A DNA stretch of 63,969 nucleotides, counting the filler, from an uncultured bacterium (GTDB lineage Bacteria > Auribacterota > CAZIXI01): assembly GCA_964543115.1 (NCBI GenBank). It is 3 parts of 3 records of this genome, joined end to end, with 100 filler letters (N's around TTAATTAATTAA, not from the genome) between each part and the next. Parts side by side here need not be neighbours in the genome. Positions count along the whole stretch, not along the records: positions 1 to 26,036 come from CAZIXI010000015.1; 2 more parts are not named here. One strand, written 5' to 3'. The number at the start of each line of letters is the position of its first letter. Position 1 is the first letter of the stretch. The notes below the pieces were generated by a model. The model was not told where the DNA came from. It worked only from the letters and a program-made list of their open reading frames with translations, and made no database searches. This document shows positions 10,676-20,544 of this stretch, piece after piece. Made by a program: the position numbers and the translations under genes.

Positions 10676-12871
10676 GTGTTTATGTGTGGTATGCCGTTAA
10701 TTTGGTTTTTAGCGCCGTTAAGTGGAATAACGGCACTGGTGTTTGCCTGGATTTTTTATCATAACATGCTTAAATGTGATCCGGGAAATCAGACGATGGT
10801 GACGATTGCCCAGCATGTAAGAGATGGTGCCCGGGCGTATTTGCGTCAGCAGTACCGGATTGTCGCAGTCTTTTTCGTTATTATTTTTATTCTTTTTGCC
10901 TTGATGGCTTTTGGCCTGAAGGTGCAGAGTGTTTGGGTGCCGTTTGCTTTTTTAATCAGCGGGTTTCTTTCCGGGACGTGCGGGTTCCTGGGGATGAAAA
11001 GCGCTACCCAGGCCAGTTCCCGGACTGCGCATGCCTGTCAGACGTCTATTAATCATGGTCTGCGGATTGCTTTTCGCAGCGGCGCGGTTTTGGGGTTGAT
11101 GGTTGTGGGTTTGGCGCTTTTGGATGTTTCTATCTGGTTTTTGGTTTTACATAAAATCATTAAATTATCTCTGGTGGAAACCACGGTGACTATGCTTTGT
11201 TTTGGTACGGGAGCCAGTTTTCAGGCCCTGTTCGCCCGGGTTGGCGGCGGGATATTTACCAAGGCCGCTGATGTGGGCGCGGATCTTGTCGGTAAAGTTG
11301 AGTCCGGTATTCCGGAGGATGATCCGCGTAACCCGGCGGTGATCGCGGATAATGTGGGTGATAATGTGGGTGATGTGGCGGGGATGGGTGCTGATCTATA
11401 TGAATCTTTCTATGGCGCCCTGTTGGCAAGTATCGCTCTGGGGGTTGCGGCGTTCAGTATGAGTAGATTCGCCCTGAACGCGGCGCTGTTGCCGATTATG
11501 ATTGCCGCTGCCGGTGCCTTGTTTTCTGTCCTGGGGATTTTTGTTGTCCGTACGGGAGAAGAAGTGTCTATTGCCAAGCTGGCGAAGGCTCTTTCCCGGG
11601 GTGTGCATTTCAGTTCCGCGGCGATGGTGATTATAAGTTATGTATTAGTGCGGTATCTGTTGCCGGAAAATATGGGTATTTGGGGTTCTATTGTTATGGG
11701 ATTGGCTGCCGGTATTGTTATCGGCAGGGCGGCGGAATATTATACTTCGGATGTCTATAAACCTACCCGCTGGGTGGCGGAGCAGTCTTTAACCGGACCG
11801 GCGACGGTAATTATCGGGGGTATTGCTAACGGGATGTTATCTACGGGGATTCCCGCTTTGGCTATCGGTGTGGGTATTCTTTGCAGTTATGGTTTTGCCG
11901 GTGGTTTTACTGATCCCAGTATGGGGCTCTATGGTGTGGGGATTGCGGCTGTGGGTATGCTTTCCACATTAGGAATTACTTTATCTACCGATGCCTATGG
12001 CCCGATCGCCGATAATGCCGGTGGTAACGCGGAAATGAGTAAATTGGATCCGGAGGTGCGTAAACGTACCGATGCCCTGGATGCCCTGGGTAATACCACT
12101 GCGGCTACGGGAAAAGGATTCGCGATTGGTTCGGCGGCTCTGACGGCATTGGCGCTATTATCAGCTTATGTGGAAGCGGTAAAAATATCTATGCTGCGGG
12201 TCGGGCAGACGGTTATGGATGTGGGACATGCGGTGGTGCAGGTTGCTCAGGCCAGTCTGGCGGATTTTATGCAGTATTTCCAGGTGACTTTATTAAACCC
12301 CAAACTTCTGGTGGGTATGTTTACCGGCAGTATGCTTACCTTTCTATTCTGTGCCATGGTTATCAAGGCGGTGGGCAGTTCTGCCGGGAAGATGGTGGAA
12401 GAAGTAAGGCGGCAGTTTCGTGAGATTCCGGGTATTATGGAAGGAAAGGCTCATCCCGATTATGCTTCTTGTGTTCATATAAGCACCATTGGCGCGCAGA
12501 AGGCGATGATTATTCCGTCTCTTTTGGCAATGGTGGTACCGGTATTAAGTGGTCTTATTCTGGGGATTGCCGGTGTTATGGGTGTTCTTGTCGGCGGTTT
12601 GGCTACCGGTTTTATCCTGGCGGTGATGATGGCCAATTCCGGGGGGTCCTGGGATAACGCTAAAAAGTATATTGAACAGGGACATTATGACGGTAAGGGA
12701 TCGTATGCTCATAAGGCCAGTGTAGTGGGTGATACGGTGGGTGATCCGTTTAAGGATAGTGCCGGCCCGTCACTGAATATTCTCATTAAATTGATGTCGA
12801 TGGTCAGTATTGTTACTGCCGGATTGATTGTTAAGTTTTCGCCGGTAGTGGCAAATTGGCTGCACATGTAA
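10676..12871 (+). CDS. hppA: Membrane-integral pyrophosphatase, K+-dependent type
   Basis: [35 protein letters not shown] (Ala determinant), [10 protein letters not shown]. Confidence 0.95.
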   Translation: MFMCGMPLIWFLAPLSGITALVFAWIFYHNMLKCDPGNQTMVTIAQHVRDGARAYLRQQYRIVAVFFVIIFILFALMAFGLKVQSVWVPFAFLISGFLSGTCGFLGMKSATQASSRTAHACQTSINHGLRIAFRSGAVLGLMVVGLALLDVSIWFLVLHKIIKLSLVETTVTMLCFGTGASFQALFARVGGGIFTKAADVGADLVGKVESGIPEDDPRNPAVIADNVGDNVGDVAGMGADLYESFYGALLASIALGVAAFSMSRFALNAALLPIMIAAAGALFSVLGIFVVRTGEEVSIAKLAKALSRGVHFSSAAMVIISYVLVRYLLPENMGIWGSIVMGLAAGIVIGRAAEYYTSDVYKPTRWVAEQSLTGPATVIIGGIANGMLSTGIPALAIGVGILCSYGFAGGFTDPSMGLYGVGIAAVGMLSTLGITLSTDAYGPIADNAGGNAEMSKLDPEVRKRTDALDALGNTTAATGKGFAIGSAALTALALLSAYVEAVKISMLRVGQTVMDVGHAVVQVAQASLADFMQYFQVTLLNPKLLVGMFTGSMLTFLFCAMVIKAVGSSAGKMVEEVRRQFREIPGIMEGKAHPDYASCVHISTIGAQKAMIIPSLLAMVVPVLSGLILGIAGVMGVLVGGLATGFILAVMMANSGGSWDNAKKYIEQGHYDGKGSYAHKASVVGDTVGDPFKDSAGPSLNILIKLMSMVSIVTAGLIVKFSPVVANWLHM

Positions 12872-12872
12872 G

Positions 12873-14015
12873 ATGAAATTATTACATACTGCTGATGTTC
12901 ACCTGGGCGCTAAATTCAGCGCGGTTACTGATCCGGCGGCTTTCCGCAGGCAGTTGCGGGATACTTTTACCCGGATAATTGATCTGGCCCTGAGTGAAAA
13001 GGTGGATCTTCTGCTTATTTCCGGGGATCTGTTTGATTCTTCCCGGCCTTCTCCGGATTTAATAAGGTTTGTTTCCCGGCAGTTAGGGCGATTGTCAGAG
13101 ATTCCTGTTTGTTTAATTCCGGGGACTCATGATAATCAATGCTATAAAAACTCTAACCTGCCGGTTAATCTGCTGGATAGCGTAGACTGGTGCTGGAAAG
13201 AGTTTCCGCAGTTGGAGCTTACCGTATACGGAATTAATCCTCAAGTACAGTCTATAACCATTCCCCTAAAGCAGTCCCCCGATGAAATCGGGGGGCAGTC
13301 TATAACCATTCCCCTAAAGCAGTCCCCCGATGCGGGACAGTACCCGCTTAAAAACTTTCGTCCGCAGACGAATTCCCGTTACCAGGTTGCCCTGCTGCAT
13401 GCCGGTTTTGAAATTCCTGATAAGGTGCGGGATGAACATCTGGTGAGGGCCGAAGATATCGCTGGTTGTCAGTTGGATTACCTGGCCCTGGGGCACTGGC
13501 ATAAGCTGGCTGATTATTCTGGAGGCAAGACCAGCGCCTGGTACCCGGGTTCACCGGAGCCGATGGCTATTGATGAGGAGGGCAGCGGAAATGTGATTAT
13601 CGTTGATTTGGCTAAAAAAGACATCCGGTCTTACCGGGTCGGCGCCCTAAAATGCGAAAAAATGGAGCTGGAGGTTGGCGGGATAGATGATCTGGAAAAA
13701 ATCAAGCAGACAATAGCAAAGGGTGCCGCCCCTAACTTGAGAAGGAAGGTAAGGTTAAAGGGGTTTTCTTTACTGCCGCTGGATAATCTGGAAACTGAAC
13801 TGGGGGCTGATTTTGGCCAGCTGCGCGTGGTTAATGATACGCATCTGCCTCCGGAAAAGCTTGATCCGGAAGAATATAAACAGCATCCGTTTGCCCGGGA
13901 ATTTCTGCTGCTTATGCGGGAGGAAACAGGTAAAGGGTCTGCCGCGGACAGGCAGGTGGCGGAAAAGGCCAGGGATTATGGTATTGCTATGCTGGAGGGC
14001 AGGGAAATATTGTGA
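12873..14015 (+). CDS. SbcD/Mre11/YhaO-like metallophosphoesterase nuclease
   Basis: [29 protein letters not shown] motifs. Confidence 0.92.
   Translation: MKLLHTADVHLGAKFSAVTDPAAFRRQLRDTFTRIIDLALSEKVDLLLISGDLFDSSRPSPDLIRFVSRQLGRLSEIPVCLIPGTHDNQCYKNSNLPVNLLDSVDWCWKEFPQLELTVYGINPQVQSITIPLKQSPDEIGGQSITIPLKQSPDAGQYPLKNFRPQTNSRYQVALLHAGFEIPDKVRDEHLVRAEDIAGCQLDYLALGHWHKLADYSGGKTSAWYPGSPEPMAIDEEGSGNVIIVDLAKKDIRSYRVGALKCEKMELEVGGIDDLEKIKQTIAKGAAPNLRRKVRLKGFSLLPLDNLETELGADFGQLRVVNDTHLPPEKLDPEEYKQHPFAREFLLLMREETGKGSAADRQVAEKARDYGIAMLEGREIL
13248..13332. repeat. 37-bp direct repeat (48-bp period) with a central hairpin, inside the sbcD-like gene
   Basis: CAGTCTATAACCATTCCCCTAAAGCAGTCCCCCGATG at 13248-13284 and 13296-13332; CCCCCGAT-GAA-ATCGGGGG hairpin at the junction. 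Confidence 0.93.
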
Positions 14016-16000
14016 AATTGGACAGGTTTACTTTAACCAGATTTAAGAAGTTTCTCGATTATACAATCGACTTTCAACCGGGTTTAAACGTGGTTAAGGG
14101 CCCTAATGAATCAGGTAAATCCACATTGTTAGAGGCCTTATTGGCCGCGCTTTATTTTAATCCCAATCAAAAAATGGATCAATACCGCAACTGGCACGAT
14201 TCCCGGAAAAGCCGGCTGGAGCTGGCTTTCCAGGCTGAGGGAAATAAATTTGTTTTGAGAAAAGATTTTCAGGAACAGAAAGGCGAGTTGGAGCGGCAGG
14301 GAGAGGGGTCTTCGCCAGTGAAGAAGATAACCACGCCCAAGGCGCTGAAGAAGGCCAGTAGTCAGTTTTTAGGCCTGGATTCGGAAACGGCTTTTCTGGC
14401 GACTGCCTGTATTCGTCAGGATGAACTGGCAGCGGTTTCCGCCGGCCGCACACCGTTCCAGTTAGAGAGAATAATTATGGGTAGTGATATTGATGTGAGT
14501 GATATTATCAGGAAACTCGACCGGGTTATTAATGAAGAGGAAAAAGGGCTTAATCGTCCGGCTAAGACTGACGGTTTGCTGGCTGCTAAGAAAAAGGAAA
14601 TTGTGGTATTAGAAAAAAAGTATAATGAAATAAGGAATGCCCTCGGCTCGCGGGAGAAAATAGAGCTGGAGTTGAGCCGGCTTAAGCAGGAAATAGACGG
14701 GGTCGGGGATAAACGGGAAGTGAAACAGGCCCTGCTGGATAAAGCTACCCTTTGCCGGGATTTATTGAATGAACAAAAAGCGTTGGCTGTTTTGCATACT
14801 GAAAAGTATCAGCGCCGGCAGGCGGTGCAGAAATTAGTAGAGGAAAAAGAACGGCTGGATAAAGATTTATCCCGCTCTGGTATTTTTAGGGACAGGCAGG
14901 CAGCTGATTCGGTGATGAGTGAATTGCTCAAAATTGAGGGCCGGCAAGAGGGAACCCGGCCGCTGGTGCGTTGGGGGCAGATTGGTATTGCCTTGATTGC
15001 TGGTCTTTCCCTCTCCTTTTACCGGCAGTGGCTGCTGGCGGCTGCGGCTTTTGTCCTGGCCGGTGTGGTTTTCTTTTTGACGAAGAGTAAGGGGAAAGGT
15101 GATAACCGGCTAAAGGAGCTTTTGGCCGGGGCCGGCTGCCGGTCATTGGCGGAATTTAAAAGTATTTTTGCTAAATACCAGGAACAATACGCGGAACGTG
15201 AAGCGGTTATAAATCAACTCAAGGGTAAATTAGGCAACAAAAACCCGGCTGATTTATCGGCAGAGGAAGCGGATGTTGCCCGGCAATTGGCGGTGATTGA
15301 TGAAAAGCTCTCCGCGGATGTGAAAGAAGCTCAGTTGGGTCAGGAGGAATTTATCCGTCTGCGGAAAGAGTTGCAGGAAGTTAATTCCCGTTGGGAAACT
15401 TTTACTGACCAGAAAAAGGAATATGAAATAAATTTGAATAATTGCCTTTATACCAATCTGGATCTGGTTGACGCGGAAGAGCGGTGCGAGGCCCTGCAGG
15501 CAGAGACGGCCAGAATTGAAATGCGGCACCGGGCGCTTGTTCTGGCCAGGGAAAAGATGGCCCAAGCGCGGCAGCGTGTGCTGGAGTCGATGACAGAAGA
15601 GTTTAACAGTCAGTTGGCCGGTTATTTCTCTTTATTTACTAAGGGCCGTTATAATAAAATAAGAACGGATTTTAGCCAGGGTGGGTTAGGTTTCCAGATA
15701 TTTAGTCCGGAGAAGGACGAATGGGTGGCGCCGGAAGAGTTAAGTAACGGTACGCAGGATCAGCTTTATCTGGCCGCGCGGATAAATTTACTGCGGCAGG
15801 TGGTTGGCGCGGATACCTGCCGGCCGCCGCTGGTGTTTGATGATCCCTTTATGAGTTTTGATCCGGAGCGTTTCCGGCAGGCGATGGCTGTCTGCCGGCA
15901 GATCTCCCGGGATTATCAAATTATTTTGTTTACCTGCTCTAATCAATATGATGATTACGCGGATAATGTAATACAACTGAATGAAACGGTAAGTGTTTGA
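14012..16000 (+). CDS. SbcC/YhaN-like SMC ATPase with a central membrane hairpin
   Basis: GPNESGKST Walker A, long coiled coils, LSNGTQDQ signature, LVFDDPF Walker B, hydrophobic hairpin mid-protein. Confidence 0.9.
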   Translation: MKLDRFTLTRFKKFLDYTIDFQPGLNVVKGPNESGKSTLLEALLAALYFNPNQKMDQYRNWHDSRKSRLELAFQAEGNKFVLRKDFQEQKGELERQGEGSSPVKKITTPKALKKASSQFLGLDSETAFLATACIRQDELAAVSAGRTPFQLERIIMGSDIDVSDIIRKLDRVINEEEKGLNRPAKTDGLLAAKKKEIVVLEKKYNEIRNALGSREKIELELSRLKQEIDGVGDKREVKQALLDKATLCRDLLNEQKALAVLHTEKYQRRQAVQKLVEEKERLDKDLSRSGIFRDRQAADSVMSELLKIEGRQEGTRPLVRWGQIGIALIAGLSLSFYRQWLLAAAAFVLAGVVFFLTKSKGKGDNRLKELLAGAGCRSLAEFKSIFAKYQEQYAEREAVINQLKGKLGNKNPADLSAEEADVARQLAVIDEKLSADVKEAQLGQEEFIRLRKELQEVNSRWETFTDQKKEYEINLNNCLYTNLDLVDAEERCEALQAETARIEMRHRALVLAREKMAQARQRVLESMTEEFNSQLAGYFSLFTKGRYNKIRTDFSQGGLGFQIFSPEKDEWVAPEELSNGTQDQLYLAARINLLRQVVGADTCRPPLVFDDPFMSFDPERFRQAMAVCRQISRDYQIILFTCSNQYDDYADNVIQLNETVSV

Positions 16001-16021
16001 TTTCAGCTTGCGGAATAATTA

Positions 16022-16052
16022 AATCCGCAATCCGCAATCTGAAATCCGAAAT
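16022..16052 (+). repeat. Degenerate heptamer tandem repeat (AATCCGC)n
   Basis: AATCCGC AATCCGC AATCTGA AATCCGA AAT. Confidence 0.8.
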
Positions 16053-16069
16053 TGGAAGGGAGGTGTTTT

Positions 16070-16780
16070 ATGAAGAGGTTTTTTATTGCTGTAGCGGTGA
16101 TAGTGTTTGTAGTTAGTGTTGTTTCTTTGCCGGCGCACGCCAGAAGGTTCCAAAGGGAAAAGCGGGTAAGTACGCCAGCGAAAACTGTAGTACAGAATAC
16201 GTTGACCTGTCAGTTAAAGGTTGAGCCGAAGGCCAGTGAGTGCCAGTTTACTTTAACGGTAAAAAATACGGGGAGTAAAGAAGCGGCCCTGAAATCAGCG
16301 ACAACGCAAAAATATGATATTGTTGTTAAAAACGATAAGGGTGAAGTTCTCTGGCAGTGGTCGGAGGGTAAGACATTCAGTCAGATGCTCGAAGAATTAA
16401 AAATTGTTGCCAAAGGTGAAATGGCCTTTAGTGAAAAGTGGAATTATAAGGACAAAAATAAAAAAGCGGTTAAGCCGGGTAAGTATCAGGCGCAGGGAGC
16501 GGTGAAAACCAAACCAAAAGAAGTTAAAAGTGAATGGGTGAAGTTCGAAGTGACTGAAAAACAAGTATCCGGTAAGCCGCAGCCGATTAAGGGAAAGGTA
16601 ACTAAAATCGGGGAAAAATTATACCTGCTGGGTGATGACGGTACGGCCTATCTGATTCCCAATCCGCCGCCTTTGCTAAGCGCTCTCTCCGGTAAAAAGA
16701 TTACCGTTACTACGTATAAATTAGTGCCGATTGAAGGCACTGAGGATAAGGAAATCCGGATTGGCGCTTTTATTGATTAA
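16070..16780 (+). CDS. Secreted protein with a BsuPI (intracellular proteinase inhibitor-like) Ig domain
   Basis: Signal peptide; FTLTVKN...QKYDIVV...LWQWSEGKTFSQ pattern; GGAGG RBS before ATG 16070. Confidence 0.75.
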   Translation: MKRFFIAVAVIVFVVSVVSLPAHARRFQREKRVSTPAKTVVQNTLTCQLKVEPKASECQFTLTVKNTGSKEAALKSATTQKYDIVVKNDKGEVLWQWSEGKTFSQMLEELKIVAKGEMAFSEKWNYKDKNKKAVKPGKYQAQGAVKTKPKEVKSEWVKFEVTEKQVSGKPQPIKGKVTKIGEKLYLLGDDGTAYLIPNPPPLLSALSGKKITVTTYKLVPIEGTEDKEIRIGAFID

Positions 16781-16806
16781 TTTTTTTTAAAACCGGTAGG
16801 TGATAA

Positions 16807-17451
16807 ATGATTAATAAAATTATCCGGGCTTTTTGTAGCCTGGAAAATAACCGGGCGGCGTTTGATCCGGCGGTGTTCGGTGATCCGCTGGCCAAGGAGA
16901 TAAGCTGGTCGCCGGCACAGAGAGGCGGTTCAAATTTCTCTACGCATAAATTAATCAAAGTATCTTCGGAACGAGTGGAGTTTCGGGCGACTGTATTTGC
17001 CAAGATATTTTATGCGATTTTTCTGTTAGTGGGATTGGGGTTGGTTACCGGATTTTTTGTTACGCTTATTTCTACGGGAAAGGCAGTGTTGCCTCTGCTG
17101 AGCGGCCTTGTTTTTGCCGTTCTCGGCGGCTGTCTTTGCTATTTTGGCACAAAACCCATTGTTTTTGATAAAACCCTGGGGTATTTCTGGAAAGGGAAAA
17201 AGAGCCCGCAGGAAGTAGCCAACAAGGATTCCTTGAAATGTTATGCTGAAATTAAAGATGCTCACGCCTTACAGCTCATTTCGGAACATATTCGCAATAA
17301 TAAGAGCTCTTTCTATAGTTATGAAATCAATCTTGTACTTCATGACGGGCAGCGGATAAATGTTGTTGATCATGGGAATATTAAGAAGATTCGTGAGGAT
17401 ATCACTACACTTGCCAATTTCCTTGGACTGCCGGTGTGGGACGCGATCTAG
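16807..17451 (+). CDS. Hypothetical membrane protein (two TM helices)
   Basis: 214-aa ORF in operon context with two hydrophobic helices. Confidence 0.75.
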   Translation: MINKIIRAFCSLENNRAAFDPAVFGDPLAKEISWSPAQRGGSNFSTHKLIKVSSERVEFRATVFAKIFYAIFLLVGLGLVTGFFVTLISTGKAVLPLLSGLVFAVLGGCLCYFGTKPIVFDKTLGYFWKGKKSPQEVANKDSLKCYAEIKDAHALQLISEHIRNNKSSFYSYEINLVLHDGQRINVVDHGNIKKIREDITTLANFLGLPVWDAI

Positions 17452-17460
17452 GGATTAGTT

Positions 17461-17790
17461 ATGGATAAGAGATATAAACGAATGTTAAAGGGAATGGAAG
17501 AAAAGGAAAGGGCGGCTAAGAAAAAAAGGGGCAGGAGGAAACGAGCGCAGGGAAATTGGCTTTTATATATTTTAAGGTGTAAGGATAAGACGTTATACAC
17601 GGGAGTGACAAATAACTTAGAGCGCCGGCTGAAAATGCACGGTGTCGGGAAGGCTTCTCGCTATACCCGGACAAGGCGGCCGCTGAAGCTGGTTTATCAG
17701 GAGAAATGCGGCAGCCGCACGCAGGCGCTGGTACGGGAATGTAAGGTAAAGGCGTTTCCGAAAAAGAAAAAGGAACAATTGATTTATTAA
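17461..17790 (+). CDS. Small GIY-YIG nuclease (UPF0213/YhbQ-like)
   Basis: LYILRC...LYTGVTNNLERRLKMH...EKCGSRTQALVRECKVK. Confidence 0.92.
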   Translation: MDKRYKRMLKGMEEKERAAKKKRGRRKRAQGNWLLYILRCKDKTLYTGVTNNLERRLKMHGVGKASRYTRTRRPLKLVYQEKCGSRTQALVRECKVKAFPKKKKEQLIY

Positions 17791-17810
17791 AAATATGCTG
17801 GTTTTTTGTC

Positions 17811-19139
17811 CTAGTTTCCTTGGCCGTTGATGACCCGGACATTGCTAAGGGCATTGTCTATGGTCCTGCCAGAATAGTCCGCGTCTCCCATATCCGCAAT
17901 AATATAATCGTAGGTATTGCTGTAATAGTAATTACCTGAGCCGGCAAGGTAGAGGCTGTGGTCCGTGTCGTCTCCTGTTAAATGATTGGCGATTATAACG
18001 TTATCATTGGTGTTTTCGCCCAGATATATATCTTTGGAATCACATTCGGCGACATTGTTTTCGCGGATAACATTATGATCTCCGCTAATGTATATACCAT
18101 AAACCATATTAGTGCCCGTACGTTGGCTTTCGGATACATTATTACCAGAGATTGTGTTGCGGCTGTCGGCTAGGATACCGGAACAGGTGGAGAGTCCATC
18201 TTGGTAAGTAGTCAGGTTAATTGTATTGTTTTGGATAATTGTATCCACAGCGGCATATATTCCATAACCAATACTATTATTTATAATACAGTTTTTTATA
18301 ATACAATTGTCGTCTAGGTAAATACCGCCGCAATTTGTTCCGGAGGCGGTATTTTGGCCGTTGGTGCCTGCCACACAATCCTTGATTATTCCGCTGGTTC
18401 CGCCGTAGATGCCCCAGAGACCGTTATTGTAAGAATTAACATCAGCTATCCGAAAAATACTCGCGCTGTTAACATTAATTCCATTTTGACGGAAATTTAT
18501 AATATTTCCATTTTTAATGGTAATGTTAGTATATATGCCACTACAGTATATTCCGCTGCCGGTGGAACCGGAAGTGTTGCCCGGGCCGGTGATGGTAAAG
18601 CCGTTAAGGTCAATAGTAACGTTACTGGCGCTAATGGTGATGGCATCTGTGTCTTCGGTTGTTAGGGAAAGGTCGCCAGTCAGCACATAGGTGCCTGACT
18701 GGCTGATGGTCATGGGCAGGGACATGATTTCGTAATAGCATCCTTCAATGCCGCTTATGCCCCGGGCGCCGTGGCCGGCGGTCCAGCTGGGAAAGCTGGT
18801 GTTGTTCCAGTACATTGCCCGTTCCGCGTAAATGTTCAAGCCGTTGGTGCATTCTACCCTGGTGGAAACATCGGCGTCATTACCGATAATATTGTTTACA
18901 TAGATTGTTTTTCGGGAATTGGCGGCTATTGTTTCGGTGTGGGTTGAGTCGTCTGCTCCCTCTATATAGAAGGTGTAGGTAATATTAGCTGAGGTGCTGT
19001 TTGGATTGGTGGCCAGTATCCAAAGGTCAAAGCCCCTGGTGCAGCCTTCCGGGAAATACCAGCTGGTGGCGGCTTGAGCTGAGGTGCTGATTAAAATTAT
19101 CATTCCAAGGGCAAGAAGGAATAGAACTGTTTTTTTCAT
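17811..19139 (-). CDS. Secreted protein with an N-terminal WYFPEG...ERAMY domain (DUF5719-like) and a right-handed beta-helix
   Basis: MKKTVLFLL signal peptide after a GGAGGT RBS; N/G/I-rich parallel beta-helix repeats; clear paralog of 23660-24880. Confidence 0.8.
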   Translation of the reverse strand: MKKTVLFLLALGMIILISTSAQAATSWYFPEGCTRGFDLWILATNPNSTSANITYTFYIEGADDSTHTETIAANSRKTIYVNNIIGNDADVSTRVECTNGLNIYAERAMYWNNTSFPSWTAGHGARGISGIEGCYYEIMSLPMTISQSGTYVLTGDLSLTTEDTDAITISASNVTIDLNGFTITGPGNTSGSTGSGIYCSGIYTNITIKNGNIINFRQNGINVNSASIFRIADVNSYNNGLWGIYGGTSGIIKDCVAGTNGQNTASGTNCGGIYLDDNCIIKNCIINNSIGYGIYAAVDTIIQNNTINLTTYQDGLSTCSGILADSRNTISGNNVSESQRTGTNMVYGIYISGDHNVIRENNVAECDSKDIYLGENTNDNVIIANHLTGDDTDHSLYLAGSGNYYYSNTYDYIIADMGDADYSGRTIDNALSNVRVINGQGN

Positions 19140-19278
19140 TTCAATACCTCCTGGGTTTTGGCATGCTGGCAATGTGATGAAATGAATTTAACGAACTTAT
19201 GATTATAACATTATTTAGGGAATATTTCTAGTGTTAAATGCGTCTGATATGTTGTATCATATACATATCAAATCATTT

Positions 19279-20544
19279 ATGAAAAAGTATCTGCTGATTA
19301 TTATTTCTTTTTCCTGTATTTACATTGCCAATCCTGTCTTTGCCCAAAAAGCGGAAACGCTTTCCTGGGATGATTGTGTGCAGGAGACGGAAAAGGGTAA
19401 TCCTGAATTAGCTTCGGCAAGGGAAAAACTTAATCAAGTTGTTGCCGATAAAGTTATTGTTCAAAGTGATATTCTGCCTGAAATAAAGGCAAATCTTTCC
19501 GGTAAACGGCAGAAGAAGGTTGACGGCACAAAGAGTGAGTCGTATAAGTACGGCCTTAGCGGGAGGCAGTTGATTTTTGACGGATTTAAGATATTTAACA
19601 GGATCGGGGCGGCGGCGAAGGAAATAAGGGCGGCGCAGTATGATTATGATACGGTTTCTTCTAATATCCGTTTGAATCTGCGGAAGGCGTTTGTGGCCCT
19701 TTTGAGGGCCTATGATCTGCTGGAAATATCTGAAGATATAACCGAGCGGCGCCAAAAGAATCTGGAAATGGTACAACTGCGCTATGAGGCGGGGCGTGAA
19801 CATAAGGGGGCTTTGTTAACCGCACAGGCGGATTTGGCCGGGGCTGAATATGATGTTGCCGTTGCCGACCGGAGTATTGAATTGTCACAGCGGGAACTGT
19901 TAAGGGAGTTGGGGCGGGCTGGTTATCGGCCAATAGAGCCTGAAGGAACTATTGTTGCTAAGCTGCCCCGGGCAGCCAAGCCTGATTTTGAAGCGTTAGC
20001 GATACAGACGCCTTTTCTAAAGGAGCTTATTGCCCGTAAAGAAGCGGCGCGATTGAATGTTAATGTTGCCCGGTCATATTTTTTCCCTGAGGTTTACGCG
20101 GATGCGGCTGTTAACAAAAATGATTCTGTCTGGCCGCCGCGTGATGATGAATGGAGTGCCGGGGTGAGTGTTTCATTGCCTTTATTTGAGGGAGGAAGCA
20201 GAATAGCAGAGGTGAAGAAGGCGCGGGCCGGGTTGCGAAGGGCCCAGGCGGATGAACGGAGGGAATATAACAGTGTTGTCTATACGTTGAGTAAGACGTG
20301 GATAGAGTTGGAGAATGCCGTCGATAATGTGGATGTAAAAAAACAGTATCTGAGGGCAACCGAGGAACGGGCCAAGATCGCCCGGGCCCAGTACGCCAAC
20401 GGGCTGGTGTCGTTTGATACTTGGATTATTATTGAGGATGATCTGGTGAAGGCAAAAAAGAGCTTTTTGAATGTACAGGCGGAAGCTTTAGTGGCTGATG
20501 CCTATTGGGTGCAGGCAAAAGGAGGCACATTAGAAAATGATTAA
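19279..20544 (+). CDS. TolC-family outer membrane efflux protein
   Basis: Signal peptide, NPEL..AR, two OEP repeats, R.RYEAG / A.YANG motifs; upstream of MFP and ABC genes. Confidence 0.9.
   Translation: MKKYLLIIISFSCIYIANPVFAQKAETLSWDDCVQETEKGNPELASAREKLNQVVADKVIVQSDILPEIKANLSGKRQKKVDGTKSESYKYGLSGRQLIFDGFKIFNRIGAAAKEIRAAQYDYDTVSSNIRLNLRKAFVALLRAYDLLEISEDITERRQKNLEMVQLRYEAGREHKGALLTAQADLAGAEYDVAVADRSIELSQRELLRELGRAGYRPIEPEGTIVAKLPRAAKPDFEALAIQTPFLKELIARKEAARLNVNVARSYFFPEVYADAAVNKNDSVWPPRDDEWSAGVSVSLPLFEGGSRIAEVKKARAGLRRAQADERREYNSVVYTLSKTWIELENAVDNVDVKKQYLRATEERAKIARAQYANGLVSFDTWIIIEDDLVKAKKSFLNVQAEALVADAYWVQAKGGTLEND

Noticed and set aside
17461..17790. First GIY-YIG gene as part of a mobile or intron element
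   Set aside because: No flanking tRNA fragment or hairpins and host-like composition; resembles the ordinary stand-alone UPF0213 family
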